64,000 nt of DNA from Nitrospirota bacterium (GTDB lineage Bacteria > Nitrospirota > UBA9217): contig OY760142.1 of assembly GCA_963663225.1 (NCBI GenBank), forward strand, positions 1,664,001 through 1,728,000, given 5' to 3'. Shown here one piece after another: positions 1-9,188 of the stretch (the stretch's first letter is position 1; each line of letters begins with the position of its first letter). The notes under the pieces were generated by a model that was not told the origin of the DNA, did not search any database, and worked only from the letters and a program-made list of their open reading frames with translations. Both the position numbers and the translations under genes were made by a program.

Positions 1-711
1 CTACACAGATGTGTTGATCGGGCGATCAAAAGGGTTTCGACAGATAAAACATATCGCCCTTTTCATGAAGCACTTTTGACAAAAGAACTTGTTGCAGCAT
101 CAGCATTTGAGAGGTCATTTTCAACATCGTTTGGCCAAGGGCCTATCGAAGAAATATCAGAAATACTTGCTATTGCAACGGGTGCTGAAAGTCAACGTCA
201 GAAAGAAACACGTGTCAACGTGAACAAAGGGGCAGTAGATGAAATAGACAGGATATTAAGCGCCTTGCGGAGCGGGGACTCATTACCTAACTGGAAAAGA
301 GAACAAGCGAAAGTTTTGGCTTTTACAAAAGGGGACTATGTCCAAAGAAGGGTCTTGTCTGATTTATGGATCAAGAGAGGAGCTATTGAAAGTTTTATTT
401 CTATTAAGACCGTAAAGCCGAATATTGATCAAACTGAAATTGTAAAAAAAGACATGTTGCTGCTTAAGGCCCATGACAAAAAAAATCAAACATTTCTTGG
501 ACTGTATTATAACCCCGGCGGTCCGGAACGAAAAGATTACGATTGGTCAATGCCATCAAAAATATTTGACATGATGAATGATGAATGTGTCCTAATCGGG
601 CAGGAATATTGGGACTTCGTTGGTGGCAAAGAAACATATGTTGCACTGCTCGATATTTTTGGCGAGGTGGGAGAAGAAACCCGCGAACAGTTACGAAAAC
701 TGGGACATTAA
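1..711 (+). CDS. Type II restriction endonuclease, TdeIII-like family (5'-truncated by window edge)
   Basis: Frame is open from base 1 (LHRCVDRAIKRVSTDKTYRPFHEALLTKE...). Motifs RPFHEALL, FERSFSTSFGQ, IKTVKPN, YNP and LIGQEYWDFVGG are typical of the TdeIII family. Convergent with a C5 MTase; AT-rich. Confidence 0.8.
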   Translation, partial: LHRCVDRAIKRVSTDKTYRPFHEALLTKELVAASAFERSFSTSFGQGPIEEISEILAIATGAESQRQKETRVNVNKGAVDEIDRILSALRSGDSLPNWKREQAKVLAFTKGDYVQRRVLSDLWIKRGAIESFISIKTVKPNIDQTEIVKKDMLLLKAHDKKNQTFLGLYYNPGGPERKDYDWSMPSKIFDMMNDECVLIGQEYWDFVGGKETYVALLDIFGEVGEETREQLRKLGH

Positions 712-712
712 A

Positions 713-2146
713 TTAAACGACCAACCCCAGCTGCTCTGCCATCTCCCTATTTTCTTGCCAGAATGCTTTTTCCCAGTTCAACTCATCAGTATTAACATAT
801 CTAGAGTAAGAGAAGTAGCGCAGTATTTTTATTTTTTTGCCGCACATATGATCCATTAACAATTTTCCAACAGCTCGCCCCAGACTGATTGGTACAGCGT
901 TGCCTATTTGTCGATATTGCTCAATAAGACTCCCCTCGATTTGCCAGTTATCTGGAAATTCCTGTATTCTCTTATATTCTTCGATGCTTAAGGGACGGTC
1001 TTCAACCGGGTGTGCCAAATCTGTAGCAGGCATCGCCGGATGTGTTACAAGCGTCGGTGTCGGTTCATTCCAAGCCAGCCGCCGCAAGAAACCTGTTTTA
1101 CCACCCCCTGCAAAATATGACGCACCGAGGGCCTCTTTCTGTAAATCGTCTGGCAAATGCCTCCAATACTGACCAGCTTTAAGTAGTCGATAATATTTAA
1201 GACGCTTTTCTGGGAAGGTTATAAAATGGTGGTCAGTTTTCGGAATGCCTTTTACAACTTCCTTAAATGTACGCCACTTTGGAAGACCGAAGTCCCCACT
1301 TTCAGAATGTGTCGGAACAAGATAAGGTAATTTCCCTCCGTCGCGTGAACATAAAATGATTACTCTTTCGCGTTTTTGCGGTGTTCCGAAATTTGCAGCA
1401 TTATAAAGATTGAAGCTGACTGCATAGCCTGCATTCCTGAGTTTATCTAAAATGTAATAGAGAGCGCCACCTTTTTGCTCCTCATGTGCAAGTGGCGGAT
1501 GGCCTATGCCCCTCATGCTATGTGGCCTATGTGTAAGGGGTGCCGACAAGATGCCTCTGACATTTTCGATGACTGCAAATTTAGGTTTCAGTTCAATTAT
1601 TCTATCAAGGTACGTTAGTAGCACATTACCTCTCTCATCTTTGAACCCTTTTCGCTTTCCGGCAGTACTAAATGCTTGGCAGGGCGGGCCACCGACAACT
1701 AAATCGATCTCGTCTTTTATTTTTAGATGTGCCTTTTCACGGATCTGTTTCGCAGAATAGTTATTAATGTCGCTAATTAAGGCGATATCAGGCCTGTTCT
1801 TGAGAATAGTTTTTCGGCAAGCGTTGTCTATTTCACAACAAAGACGTGTTTCAAAACCCGCTTGCTCTAGACCTATGTCCATGCCCATTGCACCGCTAAA
1901 GAAGCTTAGAGCAATTGGTTTGTTCTTTTTTTTATTAACAGGTGTAGTGAGATAAGCTGCTTGGTCTTCGGCAATACCGCAGGTGTTCAGGTCATAATAA
2001 TTACTGATTTCGTTTTCACGGATTACCCAGGAACCCCCGATCCTTTCGCAAGGGATTTTCCCAGCGCGACACAAATTTCGCACTTGCTGAGGAGTAAGGC
2101 TAAGCTTTTTGGCAGCTTTTTTAATATCGACAAGGGTACTTGCCAC
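713..2146 (-). CDS. DNA (cytosine-5)-methyltransferase with N-terminal excisionase/MerR-like HTH; M.SinI-like (probably GGWCC/GGNCC)
   Basis: C5 MTase motifs FSGAMG, GGPPCQAFS, ENVRG, QKRERV, RQIGNAVP. The variable region (FPEKRLKYYRLL...PTLVTHPAMPATDLAHP) resembles M.SinI from memory. Start placed at GTG 2146 after GGAGG. Confidence 0.92.
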   Translation of the reverse strand: MASTLVDIKKAAKKLSLTPQQVRNLCRAGKIPCERIGGSWVIRENEISNYYDLNTCGIAEDQAAYLTTPVNKKKNKPIALSFFSGAMGMDIGLEQAGFETRLCCEIDNACRKTILKNRPDIALISDINNYSAKQIREKAHLKIKDEIDLVVGGPPCQAFSTAGKRKGFKDERGNVLLTYLDRIIELKPKFAVIENVRGILSAPLTHRPHSMRGIGHPPLAHEEQKGGALYYILDKLRNAGYAVSFNLYNAANFGTPQKRERVIILCSRDGGKLPYLVPTHSESGDFGLPKWRTFKEVVKGIPKTDHHFITFPEKRLKYYRLLKAGQYWRHLPDDLQKEALGASYFAGGGKTGFLRRLAWNEPTPTLVTHPAMPATDLAHPVEDRPLSIEEYKRIQEFPDNWQIEGSLIEQYRQIGNAVPISLGRAVGKLLMDHMCGKKIKILRYFSYSRYVNTDELNWEKAFWQENREMAEQLGLVV

Positions 2147-2251
2147 GATTTCCTCCGAGAAAGTATTACAAGTACCAAAAGTATACACAAGCTTTATATC
2201 AGAATCAAGGAAATAATTGATGCTCTATTAAGTAGTTTTAAAACTCGAAAG

Positions 2252-2671
2252 ATGCGGTCAGAGCCGGTGGCGCTCAAAAACGGTGCTTCCGCTGCTCCGG
2301 GGGTTGAGCAGGTCATTTGCCAGGTTGGCAGGATCGACGTGAATACGAGTGTATTCGATTTCACCAATTCAGCGGTCGGCACTGCCAAGTCCGCGTTTCA
2401 GGCGATGAATATTGTCGTGGACGACAAGGCAAACAAGTCACTCGAATTCTCGATTCCGAAGGTGGTGTGCGATAAAGGATGGAGATTTAATACTGATGTG
2501 ACCCTGCGGGTCAAAACCGGCAGCGGTTTGGTACGAGAATACCAGGGAACTGAAGTGGTCTCGACCGGGTATCAGATTACCGCGGGACTGGAGTTGGCGG
2601 TGGTCCATTGCATCGAGCAGATGCTGAAAGACAAGGAGATCGTCGCGTATCTCGAGGGTTCAGGGAAATAA
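2252..2671 (+). pseudogene. Probable 5'-truncated remnant of a lipoprotein-like gene
   Basis: Only the 3' part of ORF 1961..2671 looks like real coding sequence. GC content rises at about 2250. No RBS or signal peptide at ATG 2252. Confidence 0.4.
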
Positions 2672-2825
2672 AGCAGGAATATGACACCTAAACGCTGATA
2701 ATCATAGACCAGCCGAATAATTTTTTTCTTCCGCAATTGCCTCAAAAAAGCACATCTGCTTATTTAAAAATCCATCTATGCGCAACTCCTCTCTCTAATC
2801 CGCTTGATTTTTAACAGAAAGCAAA

Positions 2826-2843
2826 CTGGCAGATAATTTGCTT
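2826..2843 (+). promoter_or_regulatory. sigma54 (-24/-12) promoter
   Basis: CTGGCAGATAATTTGCTT has GG-N10-GC spacing and lies upstream of CDS 2952. Confidence 0.65.
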
Positions 2844-2951
2844 ATCAAATCATAAAGCACAGCAGATTGCCGCGGGCAACAGCAAGGTTGCCGCACTGAA
2901 TTTATTTTGCTATGGCTTTAAACTTTACGAGGCGTACTGTGGTCTAAGGAA

Positions 2952-3332
2952 GTGTTTATGCAGATAATTCAAACAATTCTGAGCGCGTTTCTTTCTGCTC
3001 TGTTCCTGTTGCTCGTTTCTTCCTGCGATGCGCCCAGGGTGCACCCGCACGGAGGGCCGTACTACTACGGTAATTTCTCGGATTATTCTGTTCCGCCCCG
3101 CCCGACAGACGAGTTGAGCGCTGAAAAAGCGAAGACGAGGGATGCGTACTATGTCGCGTATTTTGACGACAACGGCAAAATCGTCTCTCGGGAAAAGTAC
3201 CAATACGGCAGCCTCGAATATACCGAGCAGTATGCGTACAAACCCGATGGCGTGCTTGACCGCAAGCTTGTGATAAAGGCGGGCGGAGAGACCACGATGC
3301 AGTATTTCGACAGGACCGGGAAAATGCTGTAG
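2952..3332 (+). CDS. Small lipoprotein with short Y-x-x-x-G beta-hairpin repeats
   Basis: Hydrophobic N-terminus ending in VSSC lipobox; YFDDNGK, YKPDGVL and YFDRTGK repeats; AAGGA RBS. Confidence 0.7.
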   Translation: MFMQIIQTILSAFLSALFLLLVSSCDAPRVHPHGGPYYYGNFSDYSVPPRPTDELSAEKAKTRDAYYVAYFDDNGKIVSREKYQYGSLEYTEQYAYKPDGVLDRKLVIKAGGETTMQYFDRTGKML

Positions 3333-3352
3333 GAGTGAAGACTGAGTCTCGG

Positions 3353-4897
3353 CTATTTCTTTGAGAACAATATTGCCTGGTCTTTCCGAAGCTGGGAGAA
3401 ACATTCCGCGGGAAAACTGAACATATTCTTGAACACCCGGTTCATGACCGAGACATACTGCCTGAATTTGTAGGCATCATGGTGCGATTCGCCGGTCTGC
3501 TCCGAGCCTCGCCAGCTTTCCACATCCGATATGCGCAGCTCCACGCCGAGCGTGTGCTGCTCCGTTCTTTTATTCAGGCTGTCCCTGCTGTTGTAGAGCG
3601 GCGTGCCGGGGATCAATATCTCATTCGTCTCGACGGTGCGGTGGACCGGCACGGAAAAGCCGATTTTGCACTGGAACTTCCGGTGCTCCACCGACGTGTG
3701 GATGTTTTTCTCCGTGTTCATGCTCAAAGCCTTGTAGAAAACTTCCGCTGAGGAAATGACGTCCGCTTCCCGCGGCAGTTCGTTCCGCCCCCTGCCTTTG
3801 GCCAGGCTGACCATCAGCCTGCGCACCGCTTCCTTCATGCTGCCCGGATTTTCAAAGAGCGTCTGGGTGACCGAGTGGGACGCCGTGTTCTCCTGCAGAA
3901 TGACGCCGCGCTTCTGGAGCGCGTGGAAGAGCTTGAGCGTGTCGTCCATGTCCGTCAGGATGAACGTGATGGCCAGGATGTCCCGGATGTCGAAGGCTTC
4001 GCCCTCGACGTCCTTGCCGAGCTTCGTGACCATGCTTTCCGGCGTCTTGAGCCGGGCCTTGACCTCGGCGATTTCGACCTCCACGCCGTCGCCGCTGTTG
4101 AAGACGAGGCAGCCTGTTTCGTTGTCGAAGATCAGGGACTCGCGCAGCCGGCGGAAGAACATCGAAATTTTGACAAAGGCCCTTTGGGCCGGTTCGGTGT
4201 CGGGTATATGCGTGGGGTGCTCCCAGGCAAAGCTGTACAGGTCGTTCAATCCGATTTCATTGTTCTCAAGGAAAAAACCGAGCTGGGCATAGTCGTTGAT
4301 GTCCTGGCTGTCCTCCTCGATCGATTTGATCAAATGGACCAGCTTGAGCAGGCAGCAGGAGGCCTGCTGCCAGGCGCGCGGGACCGCAAGTCCTTGTTTC
4401 CGGTAGCCGGAAAATACAAACGGATATTTGCCCGATGAAGCGAGCAGCAACAGGTGGCGCGGGTCCTCTTCCACCAGGGCCTTGAACGATTGATCGAGCA
4501 GGACGGCTGCTATCTCGTCGATCGCGGCAAGACAGGTCCGGTACCGCGGTTCGTTGGGCGAATGAAGCGATGCAAGTCTGCGGAGCTGCGAGGAAACGAG
4601 CGGAAGAACGCCCTTGAAATAATAGTTGTAGGCGCGCTCAAGGTACTGGACGGCCCGTTCGCGCTCGCTCTTGCGCAGATCCGAGCTGCCGAGCGTATCA
4701 AACCCGCGGTTCGCCAACATCCGGGTTGCCTGTCTGATGGCGGTTGGATAATCGAGCGCCGGCTGCAGCAAAAAGGGCACCATTTCGGTCTGGTCGAGAA
4801 CGGAACCGAAGATTTCCTGGTGAAGTTCTATATCGTGTTGGATGTCCAAAGGCGGTTTTTTAACGAGCAGAGAGTTGTCTTTGCGGTGGTTTGTCAC
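3353..4897 (-). CDS. Divergent RelA/SpoT synthetase-fold nucleotidyltransferase (TIGR04552/TIGR04562-like)
   Basis: Motifs ARLKTPESMVTKL, DIRDILAITF, VELRISD and GESHHDAYKFRQ. Start reassigned to GTG 4897 because the longer ORF overlaps the upstream gene and runs through the promoter. Confidence 0.7.
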   Translation of the reverse strand: MTNHRKDNSLLVKKPPLDIQHDIELHQEIFGSVLDQTEMVPFLLQPALDYPTAIRQATRMLANRGFDTLGSSDLRKSERERAVQYLERAYNYYFKGVLPLVSSQLRRLASLHSPNEPRYRTCLAAIDEIAAVLLDQSFKALVEEDPRHLLLLASSGKYPFVFSGYRKQGLAVPRAWQQASCCLLKLVHLIKSIEEDSQDINDYAQLGFFLENNEIGLNDLYSFAWEHPTHIPDTEPAQRAFVKISMFFRRLRESLIFDNETGCLVFNSGDGVEVEIAEVKARLKTPESMVTKLGKDVEGEAFDIRDILAITFILTDMDDTLKLFHALQKRGVILQENTASHSVTQTLFENPGSMKEAVRRLMVSLAKGRGRNELPREADVISSAEVFYKALSMNTEKNIHTSVEHRKFQCKIGFSVPVHRTVETNEILIPGTPLYNSRDSLNKRTEQHTLGVELRISDVESWRGSEQTGESHHDAYKFRQYVSVMNRVFKNMFSFPAECFSQLRKDQAILFSKK

Positions 4898-4903
4898 GCG
4901 GCT

Positions 4904-4932
4904 ATTATACCTGCTTCCCTGGCCGGGTTGAA
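4904..4932 (-). promoter_or_regulatory. sigma70 promoter, probably giving a leaderless mRNA
   Basis: TTCAAC-17 bp-TATAAT, then 6 nt, then GTG; no Shine-Dalgarno. Confidence 0.6.
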
Positions 4933-4997
4933 AGGAAAAAAAAGCGGGGTGTTTTGTCCGGTGCAGATCATTCTTGACATTTGCGAAGGTTTGTCCG

Positions 4998-6578
4998 CTA
5001 CCGCAGGCGGCTCGCGGGATAGTAGTCGCCGTGGCCCGGCACGATGGTGGCCGCGCGGTTGTCGGCGCGGAGCTCCGCATCAAGAGCAAGGACCAGGCTC
5101 CGGAGTTTTTCCATTTCCTGCTTGAACAGGATGCTGTCCGCGTTCGTGCTGGTGAGCATCATCTTCGGGAGGTTCAGTATTTCCCGGTCGGTCTGCGTGA
5201 GGCTTTCGGTCAGCAGAAGATAATCCCCCGTAAACACCAGCCCCGAATCCACGCCCACGATGAACACCTGCTCAGGCACATGGCCGGCGGTGCATTCGAG
5301 TATCTTGTAAGACTGGCCGGACACGGTAAAGCCGTCGATAACATCGAATCCGCCCATGTGTCCGGAAACGGCACTGCCGTAGGGCTTCCAGTCCTTCGGC
5401 ACTTTCATTTCCGTCAAGGTGTTCGTGAGAATCGTGAAATACTGGTTCAGTCCCGCGATCGGGGAATCCGTGCCCCAGAGCCGGTTCTGGTGCTCCAGAA
5501 CGCCGCGCGCCCGCTGGTGCAGATGAACTTCTGCGCCGAATTCCTCGGCAAAATACCCGCTCATACCCGCGTGGTCCGCGTCTGCGTGGGTCAGATAAAT
5601 CCTTTTGACGCGTGCCGGGTCGAGTCCGGACTTTGTGAGCATGGACTTCACGTCCTGGTAATAGTGGCCGTAGCTGCCGTCGATCATCACCAGCTCGGCG
5701 CCGTCCTCCAGAAGGTAAATATTGGCGCCGGTCGGCAGTTTGAAGGCGTGCAGCGTGACCGGGCCGAACGTGAGGGAGGGAAGCCTCTGGTATGTGAACG
5801 CGTCGCCGGCTTTCAGGAGCGAGGTAGTTGCAAAGGCAAGGATGTTGGTCAGAACTTCGCCTTCCTGATAGTGCTTTCCGGCTTCATGGCTGAACTGCAC
5901 CAGCGTTTCGGTCAGCAGCTTTGATGAGTCGACAAGCCGCCTGAGCCGTTTGATGTCCTCCGTGCCGAGCACCTGCTTCAGCCGCAGGAAGAACCGTTCT
6001 ATCAGGTTCAGGCCGATGACATCGTCGATTTCCCGCTGCTCGGCGCCCTTGTACCGGATGCCGTAATTATAGCCGTGTTCATTCATGTCCTTCAGCAGAC
6101 GGTCGATCTCCTGGGTGTCCTTGGTTGCGAGCGAAATAGCGGCGGTTGTTTCGGACAGTCCGCTGTCATAGTTCATGTAAATGAGGTTGGCGTCGTGCGA
6201 CAGCAAAAGGGAGGCGAATTTCCCGAGCGTGCCGGGCTCGTGCTTCAGCTGCACGTCGATCCGCAGGATGTTCCTCGTATCGACGACATCCAGTTCCATG
6301 GACTGGTGCCATCTGCTTTCGAGAAGAGCGCCTTCCACCATGGTGTTTCTGACCGCCTGGAGATCCTCTTTGGTGCTGCTGAGGACCTCGACCAGCACCA
6401 GGTTCGGGTGCTCCGAACGGTTGTATGCGAAATACAGAATGTTCAGGCCGTACTTCGCGAACAGATTCGCGAGGGACGCGATTGAACCGGGCCGGTCGTC
6501 AAGAAACGCTTTGACTTTGCCCAGGTAGTCGTTTTCACGGTCTTCCGACCGGTAAATTCTGAAGTGGTTTTCGCTCAT
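4998..6578 (-). CDS. Tandem-ACT-domain metallo-beta-lactamase-fold hydrolase
   Basis: Two ACT-like motifs (LDDRPGSIA, LKHEPGTLG). MBL motifs MIDGS, THADADH, GH, FTGD and VPGHG. Confidence 0.85.
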   Translation of the reverse strand: MSENHFRIYRSEDRENDYLGKVKAFLDDRPGSIASLANLFAKYGLNILYFAYNRSEHPNLVLVEVLSSTKEDLQAVRNTMVEGALLESRWHQSMELDVVDTRNILRIDVQLKHEPGTLGKFASLLLSHDANLIYMNYDSGLSETTAAISLATKDTQEIDRLLKDMNEHGYNYGIRYKGAEQREIDDVIGLNLIERFFLRLKQVLGTEDIKRLRRLVDSSKLLTETLVQFSHEAGKHYQEGEVLTNILAFATTSLLKAGDAFTYQRLPSLTFGPVTLHAFKLPTGANIYLLEDGAELVMIDGSYGHYYQDVKSMLTKSGLDPARVKRIYLTHADADHAGMSGYFAEEFGAEVHLHQRARGVLEHQNRLWGTDSPIAGLNQYFTILTNTLTEMKVPKDWKPYGSAVSGHMGGFDVIDGFTVSGQSYKILECTAGHVPEQVFIVGVDSGLVFTGDYLLLTESLTQTDREILNLPKMMLTSTNADSILFKQEMEKLRSLVLALDAELRADNRAATIVPGHGDYYPASRLR

Positions 6579-6669
6579 ATCCGCGCTGCCGCCATTCGTT
6601 GATTATACTCCTGGTTTTCGGCGGCTGGCAAGTTTTTAAAATAATTTTTTGCAATGCCCGGCAGGCAAT

Positions 6670-6701
6670 AAAAAAAGCCCGCGCTGTTTTTGCGCGGGCT
6701 T
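6670..6701 (-). terminator. Rho-independent terminator after cydB
   Basis: AAGCCCGCGC/GCGCGGGCTT stem followed by a T run on the minus strand. Confidence 0.8.
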
Positions 6702-6724
6702 CCCGGGAACGGAATTCATGACGA

Positions 6725-7753
6725 TCAATAGGCGTTTTCATTCTTGGCAATGTCGTCCGCGGTCACGCGGGCGCGAAAGACGCGGTAGACCCATATTTTA
6801 TACGCGATCACGATCGGGACGAATATGAACGCGACCACGGTCATGATTTTGAGCGTGTACACGCTGGAGGACGAATTGTAAATGGTCAGGCTGAACGCCG
6901 GATCGATGCTGGACGGAATCAGGTTCGGGAACAGTCCGGCCACGCCGGTGAAAACCACCATCAGGACCGTCACGCAGGACGCGGCAAAGGCATGAAACGG
7001 TTTCCCCTTGGCGATAAAAATTCTGACGCCGAGAAGCGCGGCGACCGCGATGAGCGGCACGATGAAGAGCACGGGTGTGTTTATATAATTATGGTACAGC
7101 TTCGTCGAGAACGCGGTCATGATCAGAAACAGAACCGCGACGGCCAGCAGCGCGTTCCAGATCTTGGCCGCGGCCACGGACGCTTTGGCGCTCAGGTCCC
7201 CCACGGTCTTGATGGAAACATACAGGCCGCCGTGCACGAGGAACAGCAGCACGAACAGGACCCCGGTCAACAAGCCGTAGGGGTTCAGCAGCGAGAAAAA
7301 CGAACCGGTATAGCCCGTTGCGTTCATCGGCAGACCGCTGAAGATATTTCCGAAGGCAACGCCGAACAGGAGCGCGGGCAGCGCATTGCCGACAAGAATG
7401 CCGATGTCCCACACGTTTTTCCATCCCTCGTTGTTGATCTTTCCCCGGAATTCGAAGGCGACCCCCCGGATGATGAGCGAAAACAGCAGAAGCAGCAGGG
7501 CCGTGTAAAGATAGCTGAACATCAGCGCGTAGGTCGTCGGAAATGCGGCAAAGGTTGCGCCGCCCGCGGTAACCAGCCAGACCTCATTGCCGTCCCAGAC
7601 GGGGCCGACGGTAGTAAAGAGGATTCTTTTGTCTTGGTCGGTCCGACCCAGATAGTGGTACAGCATTCCGGTGCCGAACACGAAACCGTCAAGCATGAAG
7701 TACACCGCCCATAAGACCCCCCAGAGCACGAACCAGATAATTTGGAATTCCAT
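6725..7753 (-). CDS. cydB: Cytochrome bd oxidase subunit II
   Basis: LDGF, GPVWDGNEVWL, GGATFAAFP and RGVAFEFR motifs. Confidence 0.97.
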   Translation of the reverse strand: MEFQIIWFVLWGVLWAVYFMLDGFVFGTGMLYHYLGRTDQDKRILFTTVGPVWDGNEVWLVTAGGATFAAFPTTYALMFSYLYTALLLLLFSLIIRGVAFEFRGKINNEGWKNVWDIGILVGNALPALLFGVAFGNIFSGLPMNATGYTGSFFSLLNPYGLLTGVLFVLLFLVHGGLYVSIKTVGDLSAKASVAAAKIWNALLAVAVLFLIMTAFSTKLYHNYINTPVLFIVPLIAVAALLGVRIFIAKGKPFHAFAASCVTVLMVVFTGVAGLFPNLIPSSIDPAFSLTIYNSSSSVYTLKIMTVVAFIFVPIVIAYKIWVYRVFRARVTADDIAKNENAY

Positions 7754-7754
7754 G

Positions 7755-9104
7755 TCAGGCCTCCTGCTTCGGCGTTTTTACCGGTGCCGAAAGGTCGTCG
7801 TCAGGACCTTTTTTCGCGTATTTTGTGAGCAGATAAACGTCAACAGCGCCCAGAATTCCGTACAGCGCGGTAAATCCGACCAGCGACAGGTATACCTGCG
7901 ATGTGCTGATGGAGCGCGACACCGCGTCCGAGGTCTTCAGCACTCCGTAGACGATCCACGGCTGCCTGCCGACTTCAGCCACGACCCATCCCAGCTGGCC
8001 GGCAATGTAGGGCAGAGGAATCGAAAACAGCATCAGTGTCAGAAACCAGGGGCGCAGCTCCAGGGTTCCCTGACGCGCAAAGAACACGGCCAGCAGCGAC
8101 AGCAGGATCATGGCAAAGCCCATGCCGACCATCAGCCGGAAGCTCCAGAACGTTGCGTGCACCGGCGGGCGCTCGTTCCTGGCAAAGGCCTTGAGGCCGG
8201 TAATTTCAGCATCGGCGTTGTGGAACGCGAGAAGGCTCACGAGGTTCGGAATACAGAGCCCTTCCACGAGATTTTTTTCTCCCTGCTGATCGGGAACAAG
8301 CAGAAGGCAGAAGGGCGCGTTTTTCTGAGTCACCCAGATCGACTCCATGGCGGCAAGTTTGGTCGGCTGTGTTTTCGCCACTTCCGCGGCATGAAAATCG
8401 CCGGTGCCTGCTACGAGAATCGCGGATGCAAGCCCGAAGGCTGCCGCTATTTTGAAGGAGCGTTTGAAAAACTCGGGATGGCTTTTCTTGAGCAGATGAT
8501 AGGCGGACACGCCCATGATGAAAAACGCGGCCACGACATATCCTGACGTGAGCGTGTGGGTGAATTTGAGCCAGCCGTAGGGGTTCGTCAGCATCGCGCC
8601 GAAATCAACCATTTCGGCGCGGTTGTTGCGGAGGACGTATCCCACCGGGTGCTGCATCCAGCCGTTTGCCAGCAGGATCCAGAGGGCCGAAAGATTCGTG
8701 GCCAGCGCGACAAGCCAGATCGAAGTCGCATGCATCTTCTTCGACACCTTGTCCCATCCGAAGATCCAGACGCCGATGAAAACCGATTCGAGAAAGAACG
8801 CCACCGTGGCTTCGATGGCGAGCGGCGCTCCAAAAATATCACCCACGTATTTGGAGTATTCAGCCCAGTTCATGCCGAATTGAAACTCCAGCGTGATGCC
8901 GGTGACGATTCCGAGCGCGAAGTTGATCAGAAAAAGCTTTCCCCAGAACTTCGTCATCTTCAGATACAGGGTGTTGCCTGTCGAGACGTAGCGTGTTTCC
9001 ATGTACGCCGTCAGAATGGAAAGGCCCAGCGTAAGGGGAACGAAAATCCAGTGGAACATGCTGGTAAGAGCGAACTGCAGCCTGCTTAACGCAATAGTGT
9101 CCAT
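7755..9104 (-). CDS. cydA: Cytochrome bd oxidase subunit I
   Basis: LSRLQFA, FWGKLF, EFQFGMNW, QPTKLAAME and EVGRQPW motifs. Start at MDTIAL after a GGGAG RBS. Confidence 0.97.
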   Translation of the reverse strand: MDTIALSRLQFALTSMFHWIFVPLTLGLSILTAYMETRYVSTGNTLYLKMTKFWGKLFLINFALGIVTGITLEFQFGMNWAEYSKYVGDIFGAPLAIEATVAFFLESVFIGVWIFGWDKVSKKMHATSIWLVALATNLSALWILLANGWMQHPVGYVLRNNRAEMVDFGAMLTNPYGWLKFTHTLTSGYVVAAFFIMGVSAYHLLKKSHPEFFKRSFKIAAAFGLASAILVAGTGDFHAAEVAKTQPTKLAAMESIWVTQKNAPFCLLLVPDQQGEKNLVEGLCIPNLVSLLAFHNADAEITGLKAFARNERPPVHATFWSFRLMVGMGFAMILLSLLAVFFARQGTLELRPWFLTLMLFSIPLPYIAGQLGWVVAEVGRQPWIVYGVLKTSDAVSRSISTSQVYLSLVGFTALYGILGAVDVYLLTKYAKKGPDDDLSAPVKTPKQEA

Positions 9105-9188
9105 TATGGTATGACTCCCTTCGTAGAATTCAGCACTGCGCAGACCGGACGGCCTCACAGCGGATTTGCATTGCAGGGCTCGCTGATG

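Noticed and set aside
2815-2950. c-di-GMP-I (GEMM) riboswitch suggested by GCAAAC and GGTCTAAG words
   Set aside because: I could not build the P1/P2 stems or GNRA loop with correct spacing. The GCAAAC abuts the sigma54 promoter instead.
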